Assembly (NCBI GenBank): GCA_973895155.1
Contig: OZ316896.1
Span: forward strand, 3,162,001 to 3,226,000
From: Marsupella aquatica
Taxonomy: Eukaryota > Plantae > Marchantiophyta
Direction of reading: 5' to 3'
Length of the DNA: 64,000 nucleotides
The notes beneath the pieces were generated by a model that saw only the letters and a program-made list of their open reading frames with translations, did no database searches and had not been told where the DNA came from. A program made the position numbers and the translations under genes. Below, piece by piece: positions 12,271-23,740 of the stretch (within the stretch, counting starts at the first letter, position 1; every line of letters begins with the position of its first letter).

Positions 12271-15200
12271 GCACCTAAAAGCGGGCCTAAAATTAAGTGA
12301 ACTGAAAACATTCATGAAATGAAATAAAGGTGTACATCTAGTACTGTATTTGAAATTTTTGAGACCTCTGCGATAACAAAGTACTCGAAGCGCTTATTGT
12401 AACAAGAGTAACACTCTTTGAAAAATAAGATTTCTCAACAATACTCTCTTAGATTAAAATCTGAGGTGGCTTTGCTGCAACAAAATAAGTCAAACCCCTC
12501 GTTAACACAAGGGCAACACTCTATGGAAAATAGTATTCCATCTCAAGAGCAATTCTTTATGAAAATCAAGATTTGTCCCTTGTTTTCCTATTGGAAATTG
12601 TTATATTGATTCATATGTCATTGTGGTTCTTGTTTCCCCCTTTTGTGGGAGTTTTGCGATCTACTATAAACATAAAAATATTCTTGAAAAAAAATTGAGT
12701 TAATTTTGCTTTTGCTCATTGAACAAACTACTTGAGACGCTATGAGTAAATTGTGAAGAGCTTAGTCTACACATAACTAAGTTTATTTACCATAATGGTT
12801 AAAGTGACTAGCTTGAGGGAATAGAATATGAAGAGAATACAACGAGTCTTGCAATCAATGATGGTACATGGTACCTTTGGACAAAAATGGACAGAGATGG
12901 TGATTTGACATGCATGGTACTTTTGGATAGTTGGACAGAAGTGATGATCAGACAAGGTATTTTTGTACACAAGTGTAAAATATAGTATCCAAGCATATAT
13001 GATTGTGAGTTTGAGTCAAGACCATCCAAGTTTGGTTTGTCCATGGGGGCTTCATAAACAACCTCCCAATCCATCTGGGCTTTAAGTATTTTTGACGCAA
13101 TTAGATAGTTTATATTGAAAGATTTTTCTGATTTGAGATCGTAGGTATTAGTACATAGGTATGCTTTGGGCTTGCACTGATTAATCCATAGGTATGCCGG
13201 GAGGTATGCTTTGACCTTGCACTAATTAGTATGTACTAGGTAAAGTACCAATTAAGGCCCTGCCACAGTTTGAGGCCCGGTTGAGGATTGAGGCCTTCTC
13301 AAAGGATTGAGGGTCATGCATCATCATTTCTAAGTAGACTCTTATTGACTTTGATGATAGTAGGCGACACTGCATGAAGAACATACCTTAAATTTATGAC
13401 AAAGATATATACTTGATGGACCCGAAGAACATACCTTAAATTTATGACAAAGATATATACTTGATGGACCCCTAAATTAAAACTTGTTACTTGAAGGACA
13501 TCCCACATCCTCACTTATTTCCCTCCTACTCATCACACAAAACGGGACACAAAAATAAAGTAAGTATATGGTTTGTTTATTGGGTTGAGCAAAATGGTTT
13601 TAAATTTTTGTAGAAGAACATTGGGTTCTTAAAATACAATTTTGAAAATTATAAGAAAAGAGAGGGTTTTAGAAAAGTAGTCCAAAAAATTATTATTATT
13701 ATTTTTGAGTATGCTTAATAGCTAAAAATGTCGAGAGTGTTATGAGACCCCTTTAGAGTGGAGCCCAAGATAAGGGGATTTTTTGCGGATTAAGGTTATC
13801 AAAGTTGTATCACTCATGGGGTCCATCAAGTTAGTATCATTTTTCATTTTGGATCTATTTAAACATATATCTCCAATTTATTAATAGGCTTGTAGATGTC
13901 AATTTGTTTGGAAACGAACCCCCGAAGCGCTGACCCCCTTCAAGAATACATCTCCGGAACTGCAGATCAAAACCCAACAGCACAATTAGCGCTATTTCAG
14001 AAAGCAATTCAAGTTCTTGTGTTAAGAATGAAATCAAACAACAATCAATATTCAATTTCTTGGTTAGACAGGTCTTGGACAAATGCTGTCCAATGAGCTC
14101 AATATCATACAATTTCATTCACCCTAAGAAAGATATAATAATATTATTTTCAATTGGTTCTCTACTCTTTCCTTGAGTCCATTGGTAGTGTCATCCTTTT
14201 AAAAGTTACTGAACTAAAAAACTTGATCATAGTAACGATGGCAAGGTCTTGAAAAATCCTTTCAACAGAGGTCAAGATGGCTCACTTATCCTTAGTAACA
14301 AGGAAGATATGAATTTAAAACTAAGTTGCTCTTTGTTTTTGGTAGTTGCTGATTAATTGGCAAGGATAGACCTTTTCATAAGTCTCTTGTTAGTGAACCA
14401 AAATTGTTGATCGTAATAAGGTTCGAAAGGTCTTGAAAACTCCTTTCCAATGAGCTCAAATCTCCAATTGGTGTTGAGTAACAATAACATATTAAGAATT
14501 TCAAAAAATAACTGTCAATTTCAATTTCAGGTTTTGTATACAGTTGCAGCAGATACAATAGGGGCATATATTGTGCCATTAAAGTGATCTCTTGCAACAT
14601 TAACTTAAAAAAAATTGAATGTATATATATAAGAATTATAGATGACCCTATTTCATGGATGGTGGTAATTAGTATCATGCACACATTAGTGTCACCCTGT
14701 CATTTCCCTTCCTCAATTTTTTCCTTTCTATGTGTACGTGTACAAGCTTATAAGGCATTGCCCCGGGAGAAGCCAGGTAACCTGAGCTAGGCCAGTCCAT
14801 TACCTCCTCTTGGGGATAGGTTACCCTGCACCACATTATTTACCGACACTACCCAAAATAATTTAGCCACCAAAACTTAGACTATGTGAGTGTAACTCTG
14901 AAGAGTGCAACCAGTCTTTCCTTGAAGTGAGAATTTACACACATATTAACGGATGAGAGTCCTTGCCAATGACACAAAAATGTTTTCAAAACGTTTAAAC
15001 TGGTATATTCTCCAAATTAAACTCAATCGCCCAGATTTGACATTACTCACGTCGAACCCAACCTCCACGGCCTCAGATTTGACATCACTCACAACTCACA
15101 TCGCACGGCCATAATGTGACTGTACCCATCAAGTACATAATTTTTGCTACGTGGAGGAATCTCAGAAGGCCCTAAGTGACACCTAGACAAAATGACCGGT

Positions 15201-15410
15201 CCCCTCATGAGTCCCCTCCAGACTTTAATGCACTGCCGTGCCTCCGTCCGCACGATCCAGCAGGCGCTCGATCCATCCAAGCCTTCCGTGGAACGAGCGA
15301 TTGGACTGGCCGTATCTTAGACAGTGACGCTTGGGGAGAGCGATACAGATGCCGCACGATTGAGCAGCGCTCGATCCATCCAAGCCTTCCGTTGAACAAG
15401 CGATTGACTG

Positions 15411-15417
15411 TATTTAA
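15411..15417 (+). promoter_or_regulatory. Putative TATA element of F-box/kelch gene (paralogous copy at 25288-25294)
   Basis: TATTTAA conserved in both duplicates, just upstream of the GC-rich leader repeat. Confidence 0.4.
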
Positions 15418-15509
15418 GCAGTGAAGCTAAGGGAGAGTGATACAGTTGTGAGGAGAGTTGAGTTGCCAGACGAATTTGGTCTGTTGCCCTGTGAGACTGT
15501 GAGACTTCT

Positions 15510-16040
15510 GAGCTCACCGCTGCGGAGTTGTTTCTTCTGCGGAACTCATCGGGCTTCGGCTCCGTCAGTCGCTGCCCCAGCTGCACGAGTCCACGGCTGC
15601 GGAATTCTTCGATCTGCGGAACTCATCGGGCTTCGGCTCCTTCAATCGCTGCCCCAGCTGCACGAGGTCACGGCTGCGTAATTCTTCGATCCGCAGAACT
15701 CATCGGGCTTCAGCTCCTTCAATCACTGCCCCAGCTGCACTAGCTGGAATTGTTTCTTTTGCGGAACTCATCGGGCTTCGGCTCCCTCGACCGCTGCCCC
15801 AGCTGCACGAGCTCACGGCTACGGAATTGTTTCTTCTGCGGTACTCATCGGGCTTCGGCTCCGTTAGTCGCTACCCCAGCTGCACGAGCTCCCGGCTGCG
15901 GAATTGTTTCTTCTGCGGAACTCATCGGGCTTCGGCTCCGTCAGTCGCTGCCCCAGCTGCACGAGCTCACGGCTGCGGAATTGTTATTCTGCGGAACTCA
16001 TCGGGCTTCGGCTCCGTCAGTCGCTGCCCCAGCTGCACTT
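15510..16040 (+). repeat. ~77-bp tandem repeat, ~7 units, in putative F-box 5' leader
   Basis: Unit GCGGAACTCATCGGGCTTCGGCTCCGTCAGTCGCTGCCCCAGCTGCACGAGCTCACGGCTGCGGAATTGTTTCTTCT. The GGAACTC-type anchors fall at 15541, 15618, 15695, 15763, 15840, 15917 and 15993. Confidence 0.93.
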
Positions 16041-16263
16041 GATATCATCGAGCGAGCGAGCGAGCTGCACTTGATACTAGTTTTTGGTGTATTTTTAGAG
16101 GACGAATCAGGACAAATTAGGTGTGCAATCATGTTCATTACGTACTTTGTGATGTTGTCAGATAATGTGAATGAACTTCATCTTCAACAAGTCTTTTCCT
16201 CAAGATCGATCACTCCATCAGGCATCAAGACTGTGTTTGCAGGCAACTGAATCCAAACTTGCG

Positions 16264-17439
16264 ATGACGTCCAAAGTTGAGGGAAATTCTCAACGTCTTC
16301 TTCCAGGGATCCTTGATGATATAGCTTTGAACAAGGTTATCCCGAAGCTGCAGTGGAGAGACCTGTATGCTCTGTCGGCAGTGTCTTCTGACTGGTGCCG
16401 GGTAATTCGAAGTCGTCAAGCCTACAATTTAAGAGTGCTTCACCACTCTAAAGAGACGGCTGTTCTCGTCAGATGTGAAAATGATGACCGCAATCATGGT
16501 TGGTTTGCTCTATATTCGTTGACAGATAATTCCTGTCGTCCACTTCCTCGTATCCCTGACATTGCCAATCAACTGTTCCCAACTTGTAAATGCGTGTCAT
16601 TGGAGGGGAAAATATACATCTTGGGAGGATTCAATTGGGGGAATCCGGAGGTCAGTCGTAAGGTGTATGCTTTGGACCTAGTTGAGCAAGGTCAATGGAA
16701 ACGGTGTGCAGATATGATCCAGGCCAGAGAGGATTTTGCATGTAGTGTCATGGACGGCAAGATTTTCGTACTTGGAGGAGTTGATAGGAGGGTCAGCTGT
16801 GGATCAGAGGTTTATAACCCCAATGAAGACACTTGGTCTCCGATTAGTGCACCGCCAGCATGGGTTGTTTCAGATCAAGTTGAAGTTGTTGGAGATGAGT
16901 TTATGCTGACCAGACCTGCAGTGAAATCGCTTCCAGTCTATGATGCTAATAATAATGACGAAGTCTTTTTCAATCGTGATGAAGTTTTCGACGTTTATAA
17001 CCCCACCAGGAACCAGTGGAGGAGAGAGACACTCAGTTCCCGGTCAAGTCGAAATTCGTTGTTTTTCATGGCACACGGTAAACTCCACCAGATGCGTGAT
17101 GCGAGTAGCCATCGTATAGAAGTCCACAATGCTGATGAAAACTCATGGTCACATTTGCATTCATCCATATTTACATCAATGGGACCAATTGACTGGACCG
17201 TGGTGGAGCCGCTTGCTGTTTTGGCAGTGAAGGATGAGTTGTTAGCTGTAGTGGCCTGGTGGACCAGAGGGGCTGCCAGGACTGGTAATGTAAACGGATA
17301 TTGTCTTCTTCGAAGTGAAGCCTTCGGTACTAACACCCAAGCCATCCGGTGGCAGAGGGCACCTAATCTGGATTCTCCCTTCGGACGGAGATGGATGAAT
17401 ATCTTCCCCAGATTTTCCATGTGTCCCATTGAGCTTTGA
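16264..17439 (+). CDS. F-box/kelch-repeat protein (type I, 391 aa)
   Basis: N-terminal F-box LLPGILDDIALNKVIPKL...LSAVSSDW and kelch repeats (GKIYILGG...W; DGKIFVLGG...EVYNP..DTW). ATG 16264 chosen by comparison with the paralog at 26451. Confidence 0.9.
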   Translation: MTSKVEGNSQRLLPGILDDIALNKVIPKLQWRDLYALSAVSSDWCRVIRSRQAYNLRVLHHSKETAVLVRCENDDRNHGWFALYSLTDNSCRPLPRIPDIANQLFPTCKCVSLEGKIYILGGFNWGNPEVSRKVYALDLVEQGQWKRCADMIQAREDFACSVMDGKIFVLGGVDRRVSCGSEVYNPNEDTWSPISAPPAWVVSDQVEVVGDEFMLTRPAVKSLPVYDANNNDEVFFNRDEVFDVYNPTRNQWRRETLSSRSSRNSLFFMAHGKLHQMRDASSHRIEVHNADENSWSHLHSSIFTSMGPIDWTVVEPLAVLAVKDELLAVVAWWTRGAARTGNVNGYCLLRSEAFGTNTQAIRWQRAPNLDSPFGRRWMNIFPRFSMCPIEL

Positions 17440-17734
17440 GAGCATTTTGGAGGTTGAGTTGTGCTTGAGCTGTGCATTCAGTTCAGTGCACGTTCTGGAA
17501 AACCATTTCCGGGTACGGTATGATCTGGGTTATTGAGAGCTAAATCGGATTGATGTATTCATTTTGAGGTTCTGGGAGACCCGTCGAAAACTTTAGTCAG
17601 TTGTTTGGGACGAGGTTGCTGCATTGATCACGAGCTTGGCGCAGAAGTTCGTAGGTTCTGTCAAACTGGGCATCGGGGCAAGATTGTAATCGTTTTTGAT
17701 ATTTAGGCCCTTCCGTTCATTTTTTTCTACCATA

Positions 17735-18442
17735 ATGGGTCTTACAGTTACAGCGGTGCTCTACCAAAGACTTTTTCTGAGGATCCTCGCCATGACATCC
17801 ATTTTCATTGGAGTATTAAGAGGAAGTGATCCTGATCCATTGCAAGATTTCTGCGTGGCCGATTTGCAAGCAGCAGGGCCTCTCGCCAATGGCTACGCAT
17901 GCATACCTGCAAGCTAGCTATGCCACAACGGAAATTCGCGTTCTCCTGACTGGCCAACGCCGCCAATCCAACAGGCAATCGGACTAATTAACGGTGCTGC
18001 AACGTTCGGATGTGTTCGTAATTCACCTGCACTCAACACACTGGACATCAACCCTGGCGGCCGGAATCATCATGCCACACACCCACAACTTGGCCACCGA
18101 GATCATCTTCTGCCTGGAGGCCGAGACTTACACCGGTTTTGTCACCAATAGCCACAATCCTTCAGTCCCCAACAAGCTATTCGCCAAGGTCGTCAAGAAC
18201 GAGGGGCTAAGGCGTTCATTTTCCTGAGAGTTCTGCTGCACTTCGAGCTCAAGAAGGGCACGGTGCCGGCAGTGGCCTTGAACGTGCTGAACAGTCAATA
18301 TCCCGAGATTCAGCTCATGCCTGTGAGTTTATGTGGGATTGGCATCGATCCTGAGCTTCTGGCGAAGTCGGTCTTCATCACAGAGACTGAGTTGGCAGGC
18401 TTGGCAACCATCTTGTCGCAATTTGACGATGTGTTCGCCTAG
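17735..18442 (+). pseudogene. Germin-like (cupin) pseudogene
   Basis: Signal peptide, SDPDPLQDFCVADL, germin box GIIMPHTHNLATEI, and GFVT...NKLFAKV. Premature TAG at 17915-17917 plus frameshifts. Confidence 0.85.
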
Positions 18443-20734
18443 GCTTAGTCCGAATTTCGCCAGCGACACCTTGTGCAGTTTCGTTCGCGGGATCTTTAAG
18501 CATGTTTTCTGTTATGATTTAGTGTAAAGCTGTTAGACAAAGCTCTTTAGTCTTCTTGTCCGATCTGTACCACCTGGAATACTTGGGAGAGAGGTTGAGG
18601 TAGTCAGTTCGTTCATCATTGATGCTCAGGTTTCCTTGTAGGTAGTATCATACAGTCGCAGTTCGTCATGTGTTCGGAGTGGCACAATTATTTCTATTAG
18701 CAGTTGAGCATTTTTTTTCATCAATCATTCATCAAGGCTTTGATTTATCGCTCAAGAAGATTTTCAGGAGTGTTCGAGAGACCAACAGTACTTCTCTCGA
18801 GCCTTCGATTCAATAAATAATCAGCATTGAGTTCTCGGAGTTTTACTCAGACCGATTAGAAATGTAATACTCAACATATGTGTATCTGGGGATGGTTGAT
18901 CATTCTGCTATCTGACGAACGCTTGGGCTCTAGGCACGTTGCATGATTGACAGACGACAGGGTTGGTTAATTTGATGAAGAGTAGTTTAGATTTAAAGGT
19001 TTGCTTGGCGAAAGAATGGTCGTCAATGTAAGTCAGCAAGTTATCTAGTGACTTCTCAGAGAGATTATTCATACCAGGCATTTTCTCGATCCCTGAAGTC
19101 TCAAAGAGTTTGACTGGAAATGCATTTCCCAAAGCTGGAAATGTTTTAAGAGAACTGATTCCCGTTTGTTGGCGGCTCAGGGTGGAGTTGCAATTACTGC
19201 CATCTTCCCCCTAGGCTCGGGTGTCTTTTTGAGGGACTGTTTCACGTGAAATACAACTTATAACTGAGGGTGGCATTTCAGACGTTGGGGCCATCAGACA
19301 AACTTAGTTATTTGATGAACATAGAAGAAATACGACAAGCAATTCAGGAACTGATCACAATATACTTATCACTTGGGGAATCAGAATCTATACAATCAAT
19401 TTTGTATGATCCGTGAAGGAATATATCTCTTGCAGTGACCACACACTGCATGTGTTTGGCGTGCTTTCTATCTTGGGTGGATAGATGATATATATATAAT
19501 TATATAGATCAAATGGATGAACTGTTGGACATTAGAGTGACCTGGCATTGGAGTGAAGAACTACCTTAAGCTCGGTGTTTCTTCCGATTTCCCAATTAAT
19601 AACCAACCCTGTTCTTTTTTCTTCCATTCTTGATCCTACAGCTACGGCCCAACTTTGGTGGGAGGATCTTTAACTGATTCATTATTCAGTCCCTCTAAGT
19701 GTGGCACTATCTGAACATTGAACAAGTGAAGATTTTCCCAGGAAGTACTAGCTGAGCTAGCTGTTCCCGTAACATCATCGAATTGAGGTGGTGGGTTGGT
19801 GGAATGAGGGTCTCCGATATGCTTTGATCTGGTCTGTCCGTAGATATCGAGCTTTGGTCGGGGCGGACTGCAACGTTCCAAAGACACGACCATGACCGGA
19901 CTGATTATGATTGAGATCAATAGATCAGTACTATTGATCTCCAATCGCCTCAAATTATAAGCAATGGACAGCTAGAGGAAAAGACAAGGTAAAGGAGCCT
20001 TATGAAACCATTAAATCATGTTACACGTGTTGCGTTCTACCCAGAGATAGTGCTTCCTCGTAACACTGTATCCGCTACGAATATGAAGTCAGTAAATGTA
20101 AAGCGTCAATGCTTGAAATCAGAGAAACATATTAAGTTGTTGCAGTGTTGATTCCTTCATATCCGCCCTAAGGCTAACTCAACTTCTTGCTTCGAATATG
20201 GGTTTCATGTGTGAGCTGGCATGATGCGACCTGGGCCCTGGTCTAATGGACTTAGTAGGTAGTGCTGTATTTTCCAAATTAAACAAATCGTCTGGCACAT
20301 GAACTGTAATCATCATCACCACTGTTAAGCAAGGCGAGACGTGAGTTGAACGGGAACAATAATCGGAGAGGCTAACCTGAACTCGGATTCCAATCGATGA
20401 ATTGAATTTCACAAAGTTTGCTCAGTATAAATTGACACAAATGAATGGAATCAGATTTCACACTTTATTGACGAGTTGAACAGAAAATGTCAGCTGCACA
20501 GAATGCTAGAGAGGCCATGTCTATGTCTATGTACTTCTACACATAAATTCGCGTGCAGTCTATCAATTAATACTAGTCGTCCAGTCATTGTAGCTGGCGG
20601 CGGGTTTAGGGTTTATAATCTATATGGCCTAGTGGGATAATTGTGACTGGATTATCCTCTAATAATCAAGTAGCTTCCATTGTCATGTCGCCAAAAATCA
20701 GGAAATCATCCGAATCGTTCCACTTCCTTAACAT

Positions 20735-21636
20735 TGCTAGTCAACTGTTCCCAACTTGTAGATGCGTGCCATTGTAGTGGAAAATATACATCTTGGGAGG
20801 ATTCAATGGGGTGAACCCTGAGGTCAGTAGTAGGGTGTATGTTCTGGACCTCGTTGAGCAAGGGCAATTGAAACCGTGTGCAGATATGATGCAGGGCAAA
20901 GAGGATTTTGCATGTAGTGTCATGGACGCAATATTTTAGTACTTGGAGGAGTTGGTAGGACCGTCCGCTGTGATCAGAGGTTTATAACCCCAATGAAGAC
21001 ACTTGGTCTCCGATTAGTCCACTGCCAGTATCATGGTTTATTTCTGATGAAGTTGAAGTTGAAGTTGTTGGAGATGAGTTTCTTTTTACCAGACCTGTAG
21101 TGAAAAGGCTTGCAGTCTATGATGAGAATAATGATCATGAAGTTGTTTTCAATCGTGATGAATTTTTCGACGTTTATAACCCCACCGGGGACCAGTGGAG
21201 GGGAGAGACACTCAGTTCCTGCTCAAGTCGAAACCGTTGTTTTTCAAGGCACACGGTAAACTCCATGAGATGCGTGATGCGAGTAGCTAGCCATCGTATA
21301 GAAGTCAACTAGCCATCGTATACAAGCCACAATACAGATGAAAACTCATGGTCACATTTGCATTCATCCATATTTACATCTGTGGGACCAATTGACTCGA
21401 CCGCGGTCGAGGCTGGTTTGGCAGTGAAGGATGAGTTGTTAGCTGTAGTGGCATGGTGGACCAGAGGGGCTGCCGAAGGGGTCCTAATTAATATCAACGG
21501 ATATTGTCTTGTTCTAAGTGAAGGCTTCGGTATTAAAACCGAAGCCATCCGGTGGCAGAAAGCGCTTGAGCTGGATTGTTCTTTCGGACTGAGATCGATC
21601 TTCCCCACATTTTCCATATATCCCATTGAATTTTGA
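20735..21636 (+). pseudogene. 5'-truncated F-box/kelch pseudogene (type II)
   Basis: Kelch-region homology from ~20735 with frameshifts. The C-terminus GYCLVLSEGFGIKTEAIRWQKALELDC is closest to the 4491 pseudogene. Confidence 0.85.
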
Positions 21637-22419
21637 GAGCATTTCGAGGTTGAGGGAGTCCGTTTTGGTCAGCTGTATAGCAAATTTATTAGTTTGGGAA
21701 TTATTATAGGCTTAGGTCCTCCATTACCCGGGCCATTACCCTGGTAGAGTATAAAGCGCATCACAAATCTGCGCAGGATAACCTAGGAAATCTTGACAGG
21801 CTGTTTCATAGAAACTTAAAGGTCACAGTCTGGGCCTTGCCCTTGAGATTTAAGCTAGAATGTTGCAATCAGACCTCTATCAGGAGTGGGTTGAATGTCT
21901 TGTTCACTCATAGAGTACCATCTCTTAGCTTAAGAGCCTAAAATTTTGAGGGCCTTCTACATGCTAAATGGCCCTCAGTTTGGGTTGGTGGTAAACCTGG
22001 TAAAAAGCTTACATCCTTCCAAGGGATCCTCTCTCAGGCTCTAGATCCTATTTTACACTTGAAAATACAAGTGAGTCCCCAAACCATGCCAGGAGGCCTT
22101 AAAGCTGGCCAGGTTCTGCAATTATGGAGTGTGCACTCATAACTAGAGCAAGATAGAATAGAAGGTAAAAGAGCTTGCAGACAGGTCCTGTACCTTTCCA
22201 TCGAGAAGTCCAAGAGCTTGCAGAAGGTGCTGTACCTTTTCATATCTCATCAGTCATCAGTTGGCAAGGAAAAGGTATGGACGGTAGTGACAACTCTGAC
22301 AGGTCCAAATGCACCCTACCTGATAAGCTATCACTAGTGCACCGGCTGGACCACGGAAGAGACGCGAGAGCAGGGGAACAGCAATGATCGCAATTAATCT
22401 CCCACTAACTCCAGTCCCA

Positions 22420-22940
22420 ACTACGCAACTCCCCTTTATATTATAAGGCAAGTGTTTAGGTCCTTACAATGACCTTGTATTCAACTGACCATGTTAGGTT
22501 TGATTTTAGTCTGCTAAACTCTCATACCTCTCAACTCAAGAAATCCAAAAGTGTAACTTCAAAGAACACATGAATTTTTTTTTTAATGTGTAAAAACTTG
22601 ATCAAAACCAATTAAATGGCTTCTTGTTAATATAGGTTTCTACAACTCAACTGACCCGGCATTTTATGATTTAAATATAAAAATATTCTTTTACAAATTT
22701 ACAATTTTTTTATATGACTCAAAAACTTTTAACAAGTGGACAACCCTTGGGTGTTTCATTTTGATACACAAAAATGACACATCATGTGCGACAAATGATT
22801 CATAGTAATTTTATTGATTTTAAGAGAATACTTAAGAATTTTTGCAGAAAACAATAAGGTATTTTAAATATAATTTTGAGTCTTATAAATTAAAACATTA
22901 GGGTCTATTTAATCATGTAATTTGGAATATTCTAGCTTTA
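22420..22940. mobile_element. Degenerate relative of the MITE at 42337-42813
   Basis: Shares GCAACTCCCCTTT..ATAAGGCAAG and ACCTCTCAACTCAAG..ATCCAAAA.TGTAACTT with the 42337 element. Ends are eroded. Confidence 0.55.
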
Positions 22941-23169
22941 TAGGGGTTACTCTATTTTGAAGAAATTGTTGCATTTTTTGGGGTCCAAGGACTAAAAACA
23001 CTGCAGATGATGGAGAAGCCTCCATATGGTAAGACTCCTGAGGGAAAACCAAAGTTTTTTCCAATTGTTAATATTTTTACAGCCAACATTTTAGTCCATG
23101 ATACACAGTACTTTTCAAGTACCAGAAAATTCACTTAACTACTTCCGAGTGTACCTTCCTTGGATTTGA

Positions 23170-23740
23170 CATATACCTGCTTACCTGTAGCCCATAGCCA
23201 TGGAAAAATCAAGTCTAGTGCAAGTTATCAAATATATGAGACTCCCCACTGCCCTATCATAAGGAACCTTTGACCCCGCCTTTGACATCAGCCCATTCTC
23301 TATCTCATCCATATATAGGTCAGAAAACTAATGACAACTTGAAGTGTGGAACTAAAGAGGTATTTACTGGCTTGCTACTTCCCATGTTGAACCTAGCAAT
23401 TGTCTTCCTTGTATAACTGTTTTGCATCAACCATAGCTTACCCTCCAAGACCCTAGTGATCTACATATCCAAAATACTCTTAGGTGGCCCTAAGTCCTTC
23501 AATTTAAACTCTAAACTGAGCAATATCTTGAGCTTAACAATCTCAAACATATCTTTGGCTGCAATAAATATGTCATTTATATAAAGTACTAAAACAATGA
23601 ACACAAAAATAACATTCTTCATCAATTTACGATACACAAGGGTCAAACACACTCTTGTGAAAACCTTGTGGGCGAATTCAATCATCAAGTCGCTTATTCC
23701 ACTATCACAGTGATTGAGCCTACAACCCATACAAGGATCT
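23170..23740 (-). mobile_element. Ty1/Copia reverse transcriptase remnant
   Basis: VLYINDIFIAAKDMFEIVKLKILLSLEFKLKDLGPPKSILDM (a YVDD/KDLG-type Copia RT segment) with stops. Confidence 0.8.

Larger units (their letters stand above)
13940..20735 (+). repeat. Segmental duplicate of ~23930-31260 (promoter, F-box/kelch, germin-like, spacer)
   Basis: Long colinear high-identity match offset by ~10-10.5 kb; e.g. 18440-18740 vs 28640-28940 is essentially identical. Confidence 0.9.

Noticed and set aside
13376-13471. Small direct duplications (48 bp here; ~63 bp at ~31330; 62 bp at ~40826; 28 bp x3 at ~55607)
   Set aside because: Ordinary slippage or repair duplications with no further structure.
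15510-16040. CRISPR-like array or hammerhead ribozyme array (the minus strand has CCGAUGAG...GAAAC)
   Set aside because: Units are contiguous with no unique spacers and there are no cas genes. The hammerhead-like core has C in place of U4, lacks the G10.1-C11.1 pair, and has no NUH strand able to form stem III.
15421-16250. Cys-rich ORFs over the 77-bp arrays (also 25587-25838)
   Set aside because: The unit length is not a multiple of 3, the ORFs lack ATG starts and differ between paralogs; they are repeat artefacts.
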